Below are positions 9,625-18,446 of a stretch of DNA of 64,000 bases, piece by piece. Position 1 is the first letter of the stretch. Every line of letters starts with the position of its first letter. This DNA is from a virus. Made by a program: the position numbers and the translations under genes. The DNA lies in IMG/VR virus record IMGVR_UViG_3300034069_001746. One strand, 5' to 3'. The notes under the pieces were generated by a model that was given only the letters and a program-made list of their open reading frames with translations, searched no databases and was not told where the DNA came from.

Positions 9625-9948
9625 TTAATCATTAGCAGTAAGAGGAGGTAAATATTGATACAAGGTTTTTCCACAAAAGTATCGCCGGTTAACATTTTCT
9701 AACCAGATCCATTTGTCCTCAGTAATACTGTCCCATTTCTCAGCCCTAACAGGATACCAAGCGTACCATAGACTCCAGGTGTTTGTAGGTCCAAATCTCT
9801 TTCGAATCGTTCGGCCGATCCATTCAGGGATTATGATAAAAAGAACAATAAAGGGAAGAAGGAGAAATCCCGCTACGACTGCTGTCGGAACAGCAAGGGG
9901 AGATAATAGCAAGAACACCGTCCGGCCAGAGGGAGACTTCCATTGCAT
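9625..9948 (-). CDS. membrane-anchored hypothetical protein
   Basis: N-terminal hydrophobic segment; WYAWYPV...WIWLE motif. Confidence 0.65.
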   Translation of the reverse strand: MQWKSPSGRTVFLLLSPLAVPTAVVAGFLLLPFIVLFIIIPEWIGRTIRKRFGPTNTWSLWYAWYPVRAEKWDSITEDKWIWLENVNRRYFCGKTLYQYLPPLTAND

Positions 9949-10362
9949 CTAATCCTCCTCTTCATTAAGAATGGTTTCTCCCATGATTCGGTTACCCTCG
10001 TTGTCTTCTTGTACGAGTCGTCGACCACTAGCAAGCGAGCGCCCAGGGCTGTCGGCAGCGCTGTTACCACCCCAATATGCTTCTTTTCCTGGATGCATCG
10101 ATTCAATCATGGCAAAATTGGCAACATCAACAAGATAGTGTTTGTTGCGGGTTTCAATGAACTTCTTCAATCTAGCCCTGATGTCATCTACTGCATTAAA
10201 TTTTAAGGGATAAGCCTTGTCTAGTTTTCCGTATTTGTGATAGCTAACCATCATAGCAGACATCATCTTGATCACAAACTCTGGATCAAACTCACTAATG
10301 GGCACTCCTGCACTAGTGACATATTCACGTAGTGCTTCGAGCGCCTTTTCTTTAGGAGTCAT
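9949..10362 (-). CDS. hypothetical protein, possible all-alpha nucleotide pyrophosphohydrolase-like fold
   Basis: SYHKYG...RLKKF.ET.N..YLVDVANFAMIE pattern; function is inference. Confidence 0.5.
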   Translation of the reverse strand: MTPKEKALEALREYVTSAGVPISEFDPEFVIKMMSAMMVSYHKYGKLDKAYPLKFNAVDDIRARLKKFIETRNKHYLVDVANFAMIESMHPGKEAYWGGNSAADSPGRSLASGRRLVQEDNEGNRIMGETILNEEED

Positions 10363-10365
10363 AAA

Positions 10366-10506
10366 CTATTCCTTTACCAAGCGAGTGCGAAGATCTTCAA
10401 TCATCTTTTGTTCTTTATCTATCACCGTTTGGGTTAAAGGTCTGGTTCTATGAAAAGCCATAGCAGCAATAAGATCAATAAGCTTGTCAAAATCTTCACC
10501 GTTCAT
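10366..10506 (-). CDS. small hypothetical protein (46 aa), not in ORF track
   Basis: Manual translation MNGEDFDKLIDLIAAMAF...LVKE; fills the gap in a minus-strand operon. Confidence 0.55.
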   Translation of the reverse strand: MNGEDFDKLIDLIAAMAFHRTRPLTQTVIDKEQKMIEDLRTRLVKE

Positions 10507-10509
10507 AAA

Positions 10510-10752
10510 TCATGATTCCTTTTCACTAATAAAAGGGTAGACATCTCTACCTAATGATGTTAATTCCCATGGAGGAGTTTTCTGAGCTAGACCTAGATCT
10601 TTTAATTCATTAAAGCCGCGTTTACCTAATCCTCGCCATAGATCACTCATGCGTCGATTATCCCAACTCTTGTAGTTATTGTTAAACAAACCACGAACAG
10701 CTTCTTTTATGTTTTCACCTAAGCTTAAAGCTATTTGTTGAGGATTATCCAT
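10510..10752 (-). CDS. hypothetical protein
   Basis: ORF track; same operon. Confidence 0.55.
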   Translation of the reverse strand: MDNPQQIALSLGENIKEAVRGLFNNNYKSWDNRRMSDLWRGLGKRGFNELKDLGLAQKTPPWELTSLGRDVYPFISEKES

Positions 10753-10803
10753 TGAACAAAATCTTTCAAACGATCATAGAACATTTGTGTAATAAGATGT
10801 AAT

Positions 10804-10837
10804 TATTAGTGAAAGGGGCAATCCCCTTTCACTAATA
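10804..10837 (-). terminator. terminator hairpin directly after vRNAP beta' exon 2
   Basis: TATTAGTGAAAGGGG-CAAT-CCCCTTTCACTAATA, 15-bp stem. Confidence 0.75.
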
Positions 10838-10839
10838 GA

Positions 10840-10998
10840 TCAACGATACGTCAAGGCATGCAAAAACAAATCAACCAGAGCACTACTACCTCCGGTGATA
10901 AACCGTAGATCCGTATTAATAACGCTTTGTTTAGAGTTTAGATACTCCGCACATTCGCGGTTACCATCACTGGACCACACCATTTCTAGTGAGCATTT
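10840..10998 (-). CDS. rpoC: vRNAP beta' subunit exon 2 (52 aa, KCSLEMVWSSDGNRECAEYL...HALTYR)
   Basis: In-frame continuation after splicing at DHDGD; ends in TGA just before the terminator. Confidence 0.85.
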   Translation of the reverse strand, partial: KCSLEMVWSSDGNRECAEYLNSKQSVINTDLRFITGGSSALVDLFLHALTYR

Positions 10999-11397
10999 CC
11001 TTTATGTTCAATGAGGTCGTTAATCTCACCCGTCTCATGCAAGAGACCGCTTGTTATCTCTAACAAGAGCAGACCATATCAAAACCCTCTTGCTTAACAA
11101 GGTTGGGTTCTCTTCATTTCGGAATCACTTGATTCCTACAGGGTGGTAAATCCCTTGGCCGTTGAGCGCATCTCATATCTTTATAAAAAGACGTAGAGAC
11201 TTCGCTGCGGATTGCCCATTGTCCATTCCTTATACTTTTACCGTACCGTAGTAATTAGCTACGCCCCACACTAGTCAGCTTTCGCGGTGTGGTTGGTGAT
11301 AAGGACTTATTGGGTATTCCCGCATTAGAAGAGTTTTCACTTAGTTATCACTAACTAAGCGGACTAACTTTATCATGATTAATTATGCATAAAGAAG
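10999..11397 (-). ncRNA. group I self-splicing intron (IA-like, ORF-less, 399 nt)
   Basis: P AAUGCGGGAA (11317-11326), Q AAUCCGCAGC (11204-11213), R UCAACGGCCA (11156-11165), S GAUAUGGUC (11072-11080); P7 GGCCA/UGGUC; P3 CUCUUC/GAAGAG; P7.2 GGAAUC/GAUUCC; upstream exon ends in U and intron ends in G. Confidence 0.9.
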
Positions 11398-12936
11398 ATC
11401 ACCGTCGTGGTCAGCTCCTAGACCACCTAATTTACTAGTATGCAACATCATGGCATCCATATAAGATGCCCCTTGTACAGGGTATTGTTTTAAAATCATG
11501 GTGGGTTGATCAGGAGCGAGAAGATCAACTAGTTCTACTGTACGTGAAGGAGTGGTGGATACCACATGTAGCTTTGCTATATAACACGATCCTTGCTCAA
11601 TAACAGGGTAGCGTGTCACAATACCGTGTTTACCTTGAGATATCACTTCAGTGATAAGGTAGAACATTTCAATATAGGTGATGGGACGAAGCTTGCTTTT
11701 GTTAACGCTTCTTGGCCAACGAGCTTCTAGATCATCAATACTGCGACAAAGAGCAATGGTGTCACCCTCATCATACACTAGGGATAATGCATAATCTTTT
11801 CCGTCTGTGTCTTTGATTAACACTGGTTTCTTGCGAAGGTCGGTGTTGCGAAAACTGTTAATCAGCTTGTTGATGCCTTCGGACGATGTCCAGTTATCAC
11901 GGGTGGTAGGTGATAAACTGGTGTAAACAAGCTTTCCTGTTTTGGGATCAGATAAAGCCGTGCGAGCAGTGGCTTCTGTTTTGAAAATGGGGTTAGCAAA
12001 GATAGTGTTATAGGCATATTTGAAATAAGGTTGCAGGCCTTTACTAACCTGGTATACCCCTACTTGAACATCATCTGCTTTAAGGAGCTGAGGATCCTCA
12101 GGCGATGCTGCCATATACGGAGCCGCTGTGATGACGTTGCGCGTCCCCATGGCAATCTTACGTCGGGCAAAATTGCCTTGGATAAATCCCCGCTTGCCAT
12201 CTAGGAAGTTTTCAATATATTCAAAGATTTCCTGTGCTTTGGATTGAATCTGATACCGTGCAGAATCGTACAAAGGCGACTGTGTTCCCCTGGGAATTGA
12301 TTTGCTGTAAAGCAGCAATGATGTGTACAGCTTGTTGACATCATCTTGTACCAATCTACCCGAGGAATCATTGGCGATATCACGCAGGCCCGCTGGTTCC
12401 ACTAAATATTTGGTTTGTAGGGCTCGTTCTTTATACTGTTGAATAACCTCGATCCGTTCATCGCGGGTGGAGGAATTAGTGGTGTGAAACGACAAATCAT
12501 GAAAATGGCGTAAAAAGAATAAGTAACCTGTGTTAGCATCAGGTGTTTGTGTTGGGTCACCATGAACACGTTTAAAGTTTTTGGTAACAGGATCAAACAC
12601 AGCATAGGCTGTGCCACTCATGATGTCTTTATAAAGACTACCTAATTGTGTAATAAGCTTAAAGATCTTGGGATTAAAAATAGAGGTGTTAAGATCAATA
12701 TACCCAAAGCGCGTCATGCGCTCTGGAGACCCGACATAACCAAAGATCGATTCAGAATAAAGACCTTCATGATGAAAGAGATTACTAGAAGGCTCCAGCG
12801 TCAAGGGAGAGGTAACAGGAAGAGCTTGATGATCCCTGATGAACTGTTCCACATCCATGATCGCGATGTTAACGGGATCGTAAACAGAACCAATGGTGTT
12901 AGGGGTGAGGCTGGAAAGAGGAACTATACTTGCCAT
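11398..12936 (-). CDS. rpoC: virion RNA polymerase beta' subunit (phiKZ gp180-like), exon 1
   Basis: EGLYSESIFG...RFGYIDL, RGFIQGNFARRKI, VTRYPV and catalytic GADHDGD; spliced product 565 aa. Confidence 0.9.
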
Positions 12937-13018
12937 GGAGGAAAAGTCCTTTTCTAATCATAAAGGTAACGAGATTCTCGCTACCCTCTTAAATCAATAA
13001 TATTGATGGATAGACCCA

Positions 13019-13969
13019 ATGATATTATCATATCTGGGTAGCATTATAACAAGGTTTTACCTCATGCGTCAATCAGGTGATTTCGATACCAAGCGGGTGG
13101 AAGAGATTAACCGTAAAGCGATTGAAAATCAGTTCTTTACCCCCGACCATGTTTATCTCGATATGGCTTTATTTAAAGAATATCCTCTTGGTGTCATTTT
13201 TGCCGACAAGGTTCACCACAACAAAGGTGAAGCTGAATTTTGTCACGTACAAAATCACATCAAATCGCAGTTGACTGAGTATCAAAAACGTCTTTACGAC
13301 ACCATTGATCCTTTTCTCAGTTCTCTTGGTTACACAGACGACCATCTAGAAGACCTCATAAAGGTTATCCCTCATGATCTTATTTTCATGATGTCACCTG
13401 CTACTAATTTTTTAAAAACAGTGATACGCCACACCATTCGTAACAAGAACAATTCAGCACCTGCTAACAAGTTTGTTAAAAAGAGTCTCGACCAACAACA
13501 ATATACATTAGAATCAATGCCTGTTACGTATTACATTAATACATTTCCGCTAACCTTAAGCCTTTCATTACAACAACGATTAGCCCCTGAATTGGGAGAA
13601 GCTTTAGGGGTCAATGTTCAATTTTTAAACAAAGATCCACAATTCTTTAATCAACAAGACTGGGATCGGTGGTTAAGCAAGATTGATTGTTTATACCTTC
13701 ACAGTTTTGGTAGACTGTCCCAAAGTTCTTTTTTTATTCAACAACAAGAAAACATGATGTTTGCCGGTGTTTACTTCTTTGCTCGTAAACGCCTTGAAAA
13801 ACGCGTCATGGCTGAGGTTAAGCATCTGGATATTGAACATCAGATTCAGCTAGCCACAGCACAACTTGATATGTTGTGCGATTTTGCCTGGTTAGCCAAT
13901 AACGATGCTAGGCTTACCGATGAGCCTGACCAAGTCAAAGAACCCCCAACTGAACCCCAAGGAACCTAA
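13019..13969 (+). CDS. hypothetical protein (core region)
   Basis: 316-aa ORF divergent from beta', upstream of the tail muramidase. Confidence 0.7.
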   Translation: MILSYLGSIITRFYLMRQSGDFDTKRVEEINRKAIENQFFTPDHVYLDMALFKEYPLGVIFADKVHHNKGEAEFCHVQNHIKSQLTEYQKRLYDTIDPFLSSLGYTDDHLEDLIKVIPHDLIFMMSPATNFLKTVIRHTIRNKNNSAPANKFVKKSLDQQQYTLESMPVTYYINTFPLTLSLSLQQRLAPELGEALGVNVQFLNKDPQFFNQQDWDRWLSKIDCLYLHSFGRLSQSSFFIQQQENMMFAGVYFFARKRLEKRVMAEVKHLDIEHQIQLATAQLDMLCDFAWLANNDARLTDEPDQVKEPPTEPQGT

Positions 13970-13972
13970 TTC

Positions 13973-16900
13973 ATGGCCGATGATAACAATACCAATCCAT
14001 CGACCCTGGATCAAGGGGTCGATCATCATGATCAAGCCCCCATTATTAATGGTGAAAAATACGAAAAGCAAGCGGGTAATCTAGTTGCTAAAGAACCCAA
14101 CACTACCGCCGACACGAAGGTTTCCGATGCTAAGTCGTGGACCATGGCTGAGATCGACCGAGTTGTATCATCGGAGATTATTCCTGACACCAGGCAGCGT
14201 TTAAATCAATTTGGTGTGGGTCTTACTCGGCGTAATGATTTTCGCCTAAAAGATCTAGCCCGCCGGGTCGAGCGTCAGACTAGGCAGGACTTTGCTGGCG
14301 ATCTTAAATCAGGACCGGTTAGCCGTCGCTTGAGGAATTACGACATCAAGTCGTATACCATGCGAATGATCACGGCTAATGCCGCTCTTGGTTCACTTCA
14401 ATTCCAAAAGAGCCAGCACCTGCCTTATATGCGCAAGTCGCTGTCGTTGGCGTACGAAAAAGTTAACCTCCTGAAAAAGGTGGTGAGCGGGATTGGCGGT
14501 CTCCAGCGTCATGTGGTTGCAAAGCTGGAAGCCATTAAGCTTAACACAGCCGCTGTAGCACCGAGTAAAGAATCTCGTTTTGCCAAAATCAGAAAAGCGA
14601 TCAAAGACAAGATCGATGATCGCATTGCTACAAACTTTTCCGGCGTTATCTTAGCTGGGTATGATGAGAAATACAAAAAATACGTCTCTCCTACGCTGAG
14701 TCGTCTTCATGCTAAAATGGCGCAAAAAGATCGTCATGGCGGTCTCAATGGTGGCGTGGGTGTTCTGTCTCGTAAACTAAATGATCTGCGTCATTCAGTG
14801 GCAAAGGCAGGCGATCAAGGCGGTAAAGTTCCGGCTAGCTTTAATAAGCTTGCTTCAACAATTTTGTCAGGGGCTGTTAAGGCAACACAGCGAGTTCGCT
14901 TACCGCAAGGACTGTCGCAGCTTGCAGCTAAACCCCTTAGTTCAGCGACAGGTCTTTTAGCTAAAGTACAACCTTTTGAGACCCCGGGTTTTAAACCCAC
15001 AACTCCTATTCCTCCAGTCGAAAAAGCTATTGATCAGCTAACGGGTCAAGGTCATGAAAACTCCTCTCTGTTACGTTTTTTAAAGCGTGATAAAAAGGAA
15101 GGCGATGTTTATCGCAAAACTCTTCTTGATCATGTTAAAGCCATTCGATATCAATTGGTTCCTGGTAAACACACGGTTGCTGGTAGAGGAAAGGTAATCA
15201 AAACAACCAAGGCTCTTGGTTCCTTAAGTCTTCAACAACATTTACCTCCGGTTCCTATTCCTACTCCATCACTACGAGGAAAACCTCATGTCGTGATCCA
15301 TAGTCCAGCGCCTCATCACGACGACATTCATCACCCTAAACCTTCTGTTCTTACCACCTTGTTTGGTAAGCTGTCTGACAAGATTGCCAAAATTGATAAG
15401 TCATTAATGGGTGATCGTAAAGCTAAAGCGTTGTTTGACAAAGCGCAGGCTAAACAGAAAGCTTTAATGGACAAATTGGCTGCTCGGGCTAAAGTCCGTA
15501 AAGGGTCGTATGAAGATCTTGAGGAACAACGCCGTAAAGGCAGAGGATTTATTCCTTGGGGTAAAATGGGTAAGTTTGGTTTTCTAGGCGGTGCTGCGTC
15601 AGAAGCAGAGATGGGGGGTCATCCTCACCTTGATGACCCTGATAATCATCCTGTGGATAGTACCGGTATTCCCAGTATTGCCGCAATGGGTTTGATGGGT
15701 CTGGCCGCTACTGGGAAATCACTGGCTCGTTTTGGGTGGAAAGGAGCAAAACTTGCTAGCAGATATGGCTGGCGCGCGGGTAAAAAGATTGTTCCTGCAG
15801 CGGCTCGTACGGGAGCAAAGGGTGCAGGTATTCTTGGTCGCTTTGGGCTGCGTGAAATCAAGGGAGTTGCAGGTCTTGGTGCACGCGGTCTTGCTGCAAC
15901 TGGTGCAGCATCGGCGGGCGGTGTTGCTCGGCTTTTGGGCAAAACAGTTAAAGGTATTCCTCTGTTGGGGCTTGGTGCTGAAAGCATTGATTACCTCACC
16001 GGGCAGCGTGTTCTTAACTGGCGCAATCTTGCTAAATCAGGTATTGCTCTTGGTGGTGGTGCACTGGGTGGATTAGCAGGTGGTCTTGCTACGGCTGGGA
16101 TGGGAGGTGAGTTTGTTGGAGGTATTGGTGGCTATGCAGCTGGTACTAAGCTGGGTAATACTCTTTTAGGCGATGATGCAACAACCAATAAAACCGCTCC
16201 TCAAGACCCAAGAGCGAAAAAAGAAGATTCTTTATCGGATCGCTTTTTCAAGCTACTCAACACCCGACCTGATTTTCTTAAAAAGAAATCACTGGCTCAA
16301 CGACTACGTGATACCGTTAGCACTGGTTCTACTGATCCTAATCGATCAGTGCCTATCCTTAAGGCAGGACAAGCGCTGCGTTATGGATTAACGGCACCTG
16401 GAATGAAATATGGGTTCCAGAAAGCGTTCTACGGTGACCGTTATTCCAATGGCGATTATGCCGCTGGTAGCAGTTTAGCTAGTCACCTCAATCCAACCAA
16501 TTTCTCCATTGGATCAAGTACTGGTATTTTGGGATGGACTGCTTCAACGGGAAGAGCTGATAATCCCACCACACCGTTTTATGCCTATGTGACATTAGTG
16601 CTCGACGCTTATGGGGTAAAGAATCGTTCGCTCTATGCCTATCTTCATTCCCTAGAACTCTCCCAAGAAAAGATCAATTCCGGTAAATCCAAACCGTTTG
16701 ATGATAGTGACATGACCTACATGTCTGGTCGTTTTGGTTTGGATGGGAAAAACAAGGATGCGGTTAATTACTTCAAAATGTGGTATAAACGCCGCTTTTT
16801 GCCAGCTTTAGCCTTAATCACTAAGGTTACCAAAGCGCACCGATTAACCCTAAGCTCGGTGTCAGGGGCTGATGACAAAGCAATGGCGTCGCTTAATGGT

Positions 16901-18424
16901 GATCTTAAGAAAGAGATTGCTGCTTCCGATCTTAAAACATTAGGGCTAGAGGCGTCAGGCGAGGCCTATAACAAATATGCTAAGGTTGGGTCCAAAGCTC
17001 CAGGAACCGTGGCGGGGTCATCGGTGACCAATGCTAAACCTTATGATCCTCGTAACCCTCGCAATATTCCCAATGGTCAAGGAGGATCAGAGGGATATCT
17101 CGGTCGCTTTGGTTCATTTCTAAATTCTGCAACAGGGGGTCTGTTTGGGAGACTAGCTGATCCAAGTGGGAATAATCAACCTGCTCCGGCTTCCCGCAAT
17201 CAAGCACAGATCGTCAAAGGGGGTGTTAAGGATCAGCCTCAGTTTAAGGCAGCGTATCAAAAGCTTCCGCCGACTATTAAGAAAATGGTTGATGGCTCTA
17301 AAACGCTACAGTTTGTCCTTTGGTCTACCTCTATTCAGCATGGTGGTGATGCCGCTGCTTTAATCTTCCAAAAAGATTATTCTGATAAGCTTGATGAAAA
17401 GGGTTATATCAGAAGTATCTATCAGGATCGCTCAACACGGTTTTCTAACTTGGGAAGTATGGATCGTACCTCAGCGATTCAGCATCTTGGGGAAGAACAA
17501 CAGTTTGTGGAAGGCATGCGTACTGGTACCAGTACACCTGACATGGCAACCATGGGTCGTGAGGTTAACAACGTCATTAACCCATCAGGTAATAGTAATC
17601 TAGGGTATGATCCTTCTTCAGCAAAACCTGCTGCCATTACAGGCAACGTTGCATCACGTGCTAAAGACGCTATGCAATATTTGATGAGCAAGAAATATAC
17701 CAAGATCGCCGCTGCTGGTATTATTGGTAACTTGATTGAAGAATCAGCGTTGATGACCAATCGACCAGGTGATGGAGGACGGGCCTTTGGTATAGCACAG
17801 TGGCACGCTGACCGCCGTGGTCCGATTGCTCGCCAATTCAACAAGCCGGTTGAAGCTATGAACTTCCACGAACAGCTTGATGCTGTAGATTGGGAAATTA
17901 GAACAGGTCGGGGGGTTACCGGAGGGGGAGGGTTGTTCAACGCCCTTAACGCCTCTAAGGATGCAGGCGAAGCTGCTCGTATGATGATGAATCGATACGA
18001 GCGTCCTGCTGAACGACAGCATAATGGTGTTGTGCGAACAAACAATGCCTTAGGAGTACTAAAAGCAATGGGTGATACCACCCCTGCCCCAAGCCCTAAT
18101 GCTGCACCAGCCTCTAGCGGAAAACCAGCTTCTTCTGGAACAAAGTCCACGCCCAGCAAACAAGCTACTGTTAAACCTACATCCACCCCTACCGTTGCTC
18201 ATCCTCAAATGGTCGCCCATGGTAAGAGTCTTGATGATCACGCTGATGCGTTGCGGCAGCATACAGCAGCCTTGTTGAAACCTCAACCTCAACCCACTCC
18301 TACCCCTTCTTCTCCTTCTCAGGGTATGTCTATTTTCTCCCCCATCATTAATGCTGCAAAATCCACAGAACATTTCATTTCCATGTCAATGGCCAAAACC
18401 TCTCTTGCTGCAGGAGACATGTAA
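13973..18424 (+). CDS. tail tape-measure / structural peptidoglycan hydrolase (phiKZ gp181-like) with phage-tail-lysozyme domain
   Basis: 1483 aa; Gly/Ala-rich central segment; AAAGIIGNLIEES...GRAFGIAQWH..RR...EQLD...YERP lysozyme motif; synteny. Confidence 0.85.
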   Translation: MADDNNTNPSTLDQGVDHHDQAPIINGEKYEKQAGNLVAKEPNTTADTKVSDAKSWTMAEIDRVVSSEIIPDTRQRLNQFGVGLTRRNDFRLKDLARRVERQTRQDFAGDLKSGPVSRRLRNYDIKSYTMRMITANAALGSLQFQKSQHLPYMRKSLSLAYEKVNLLKKVVSGIGGLQRHVVAKLEAIKLNTAAVAPSKESRFAKIRKAIKDKIDDRIATNFSGVILAGYDEKYKKYVSPTLSRLHAKMAQKDRHGGLNGGVGVLSRKLNDLRHSVAKAGDQGGKVPASFNKLASTILSGAVKATQRVRLPQGLSQLAAKPLSSATGLLAKVQPFETPGFKPTTPIPPVEKAIDQLTGQGHENSSLLRFLKRDKKEGDVYRKTLLDHVKAIRYQLVPGKHTVAGRGKVIKTTKALGSLSLQQHLPPVPIPTPSLRGKPHVVIHSPAPHHDDIHHPKPSVLTTLFGKLSDKIAKIDKSLMGDRKAKALFDKAQAKQKALMDKLAARAKVRKGSYEDLEEQRRKGRGFIPWGKMGKFGFLGGAASEAEMGGHPHLDDPDNHPVDSTGIPSIAAMGLMGLAATGKSLARFGWKGAKLASRYGWRAGKKIVPAAARTGAKGAGILGRFGLREIKGVAGLGARGLAATGAASAGGVARLLGKTVKGIPLLGLGAESIDYLTGQRVLNWRNLAKSGIALGGGALGGLAGGLATAGMGGEFVGGIGGYAAGTKLGNTLLGDDATTNKTAPQDPRAKKEDSLSDRFFKLLNTRPDFLKKKSLAQRLRDTVSTGSTDPNRSVPILKAGQALRYGLTAPGMKYGFQKAFYGDRYSNGDYAAGSSLASHLNPTNFSIGSSTGILGWTASTGRADNPTTPFYAYVTLVLDAYGVKNRSLYAYLHSLELSQEKINSGKSKPFDDSDMTYMSGRFGLDGKNKDAVNYFKMWYKRRFLPALALITKVTKAHRLTLSSVSGADDKAMASLNGDLKKEIAASDLKTLGLEASGEAYNKYAKVGSKAPGTVAGSSVTNAKPYDPRNPRNIPNGQGGSEGYLGRFGSFLNSATGGLFGRLADPSGNNQPAPASRNQAQIVKGGVKDQPQFKAAYQKLPPTIKKMVDGSKTLQFVLWSTSIQHGGDAAALIFQKDYSDKLDEKGYIRSIYQDRSTRFSNLGSMDRTSAIQHLGEEQQFVEGMRTGTSTPDMATMGREVNNVINPSGNSNLGYDPSSAKPAAITGNVASRAKDAMQYLMSKKYTKIAAAGIIGNLIEESALMTNRPGDGGRAFGIAQWHADRRGPIARQFNKPVEAMNFHEQLDAVDWEIRTGRGVTGGGGLFNALNASKDAGEAARMMMNRYERPAERQHNGVVRTNNALGVLKAMGDTTPAPSPNAAPASSGKPASSGTKSTPSKQATVKPTSTPTVAHPQMVAHGKSLDDHADALRQHTAALLKPQPQPTPTPSSPSQGMSIFSPIINAAKSTEHFISMSMAKTSLAAGDM

Positions 18425-18446
18425 TTTATAAGTATCGGAGCTGTTT

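Noticed and set aside
11383-12936. Truncated or pseudogenised beta' as shown by the ORF track
   Set aside because: Explained by the group I intron; splicing restores the reading frame.
17479-18186. 235-aa antisense ORF (also 15646..15987 and 14815..15000)
   Set aside because: Shadows of the Gly/Ala/Pro-rich tape-measure gene; low complexity and no recognisable motifs.
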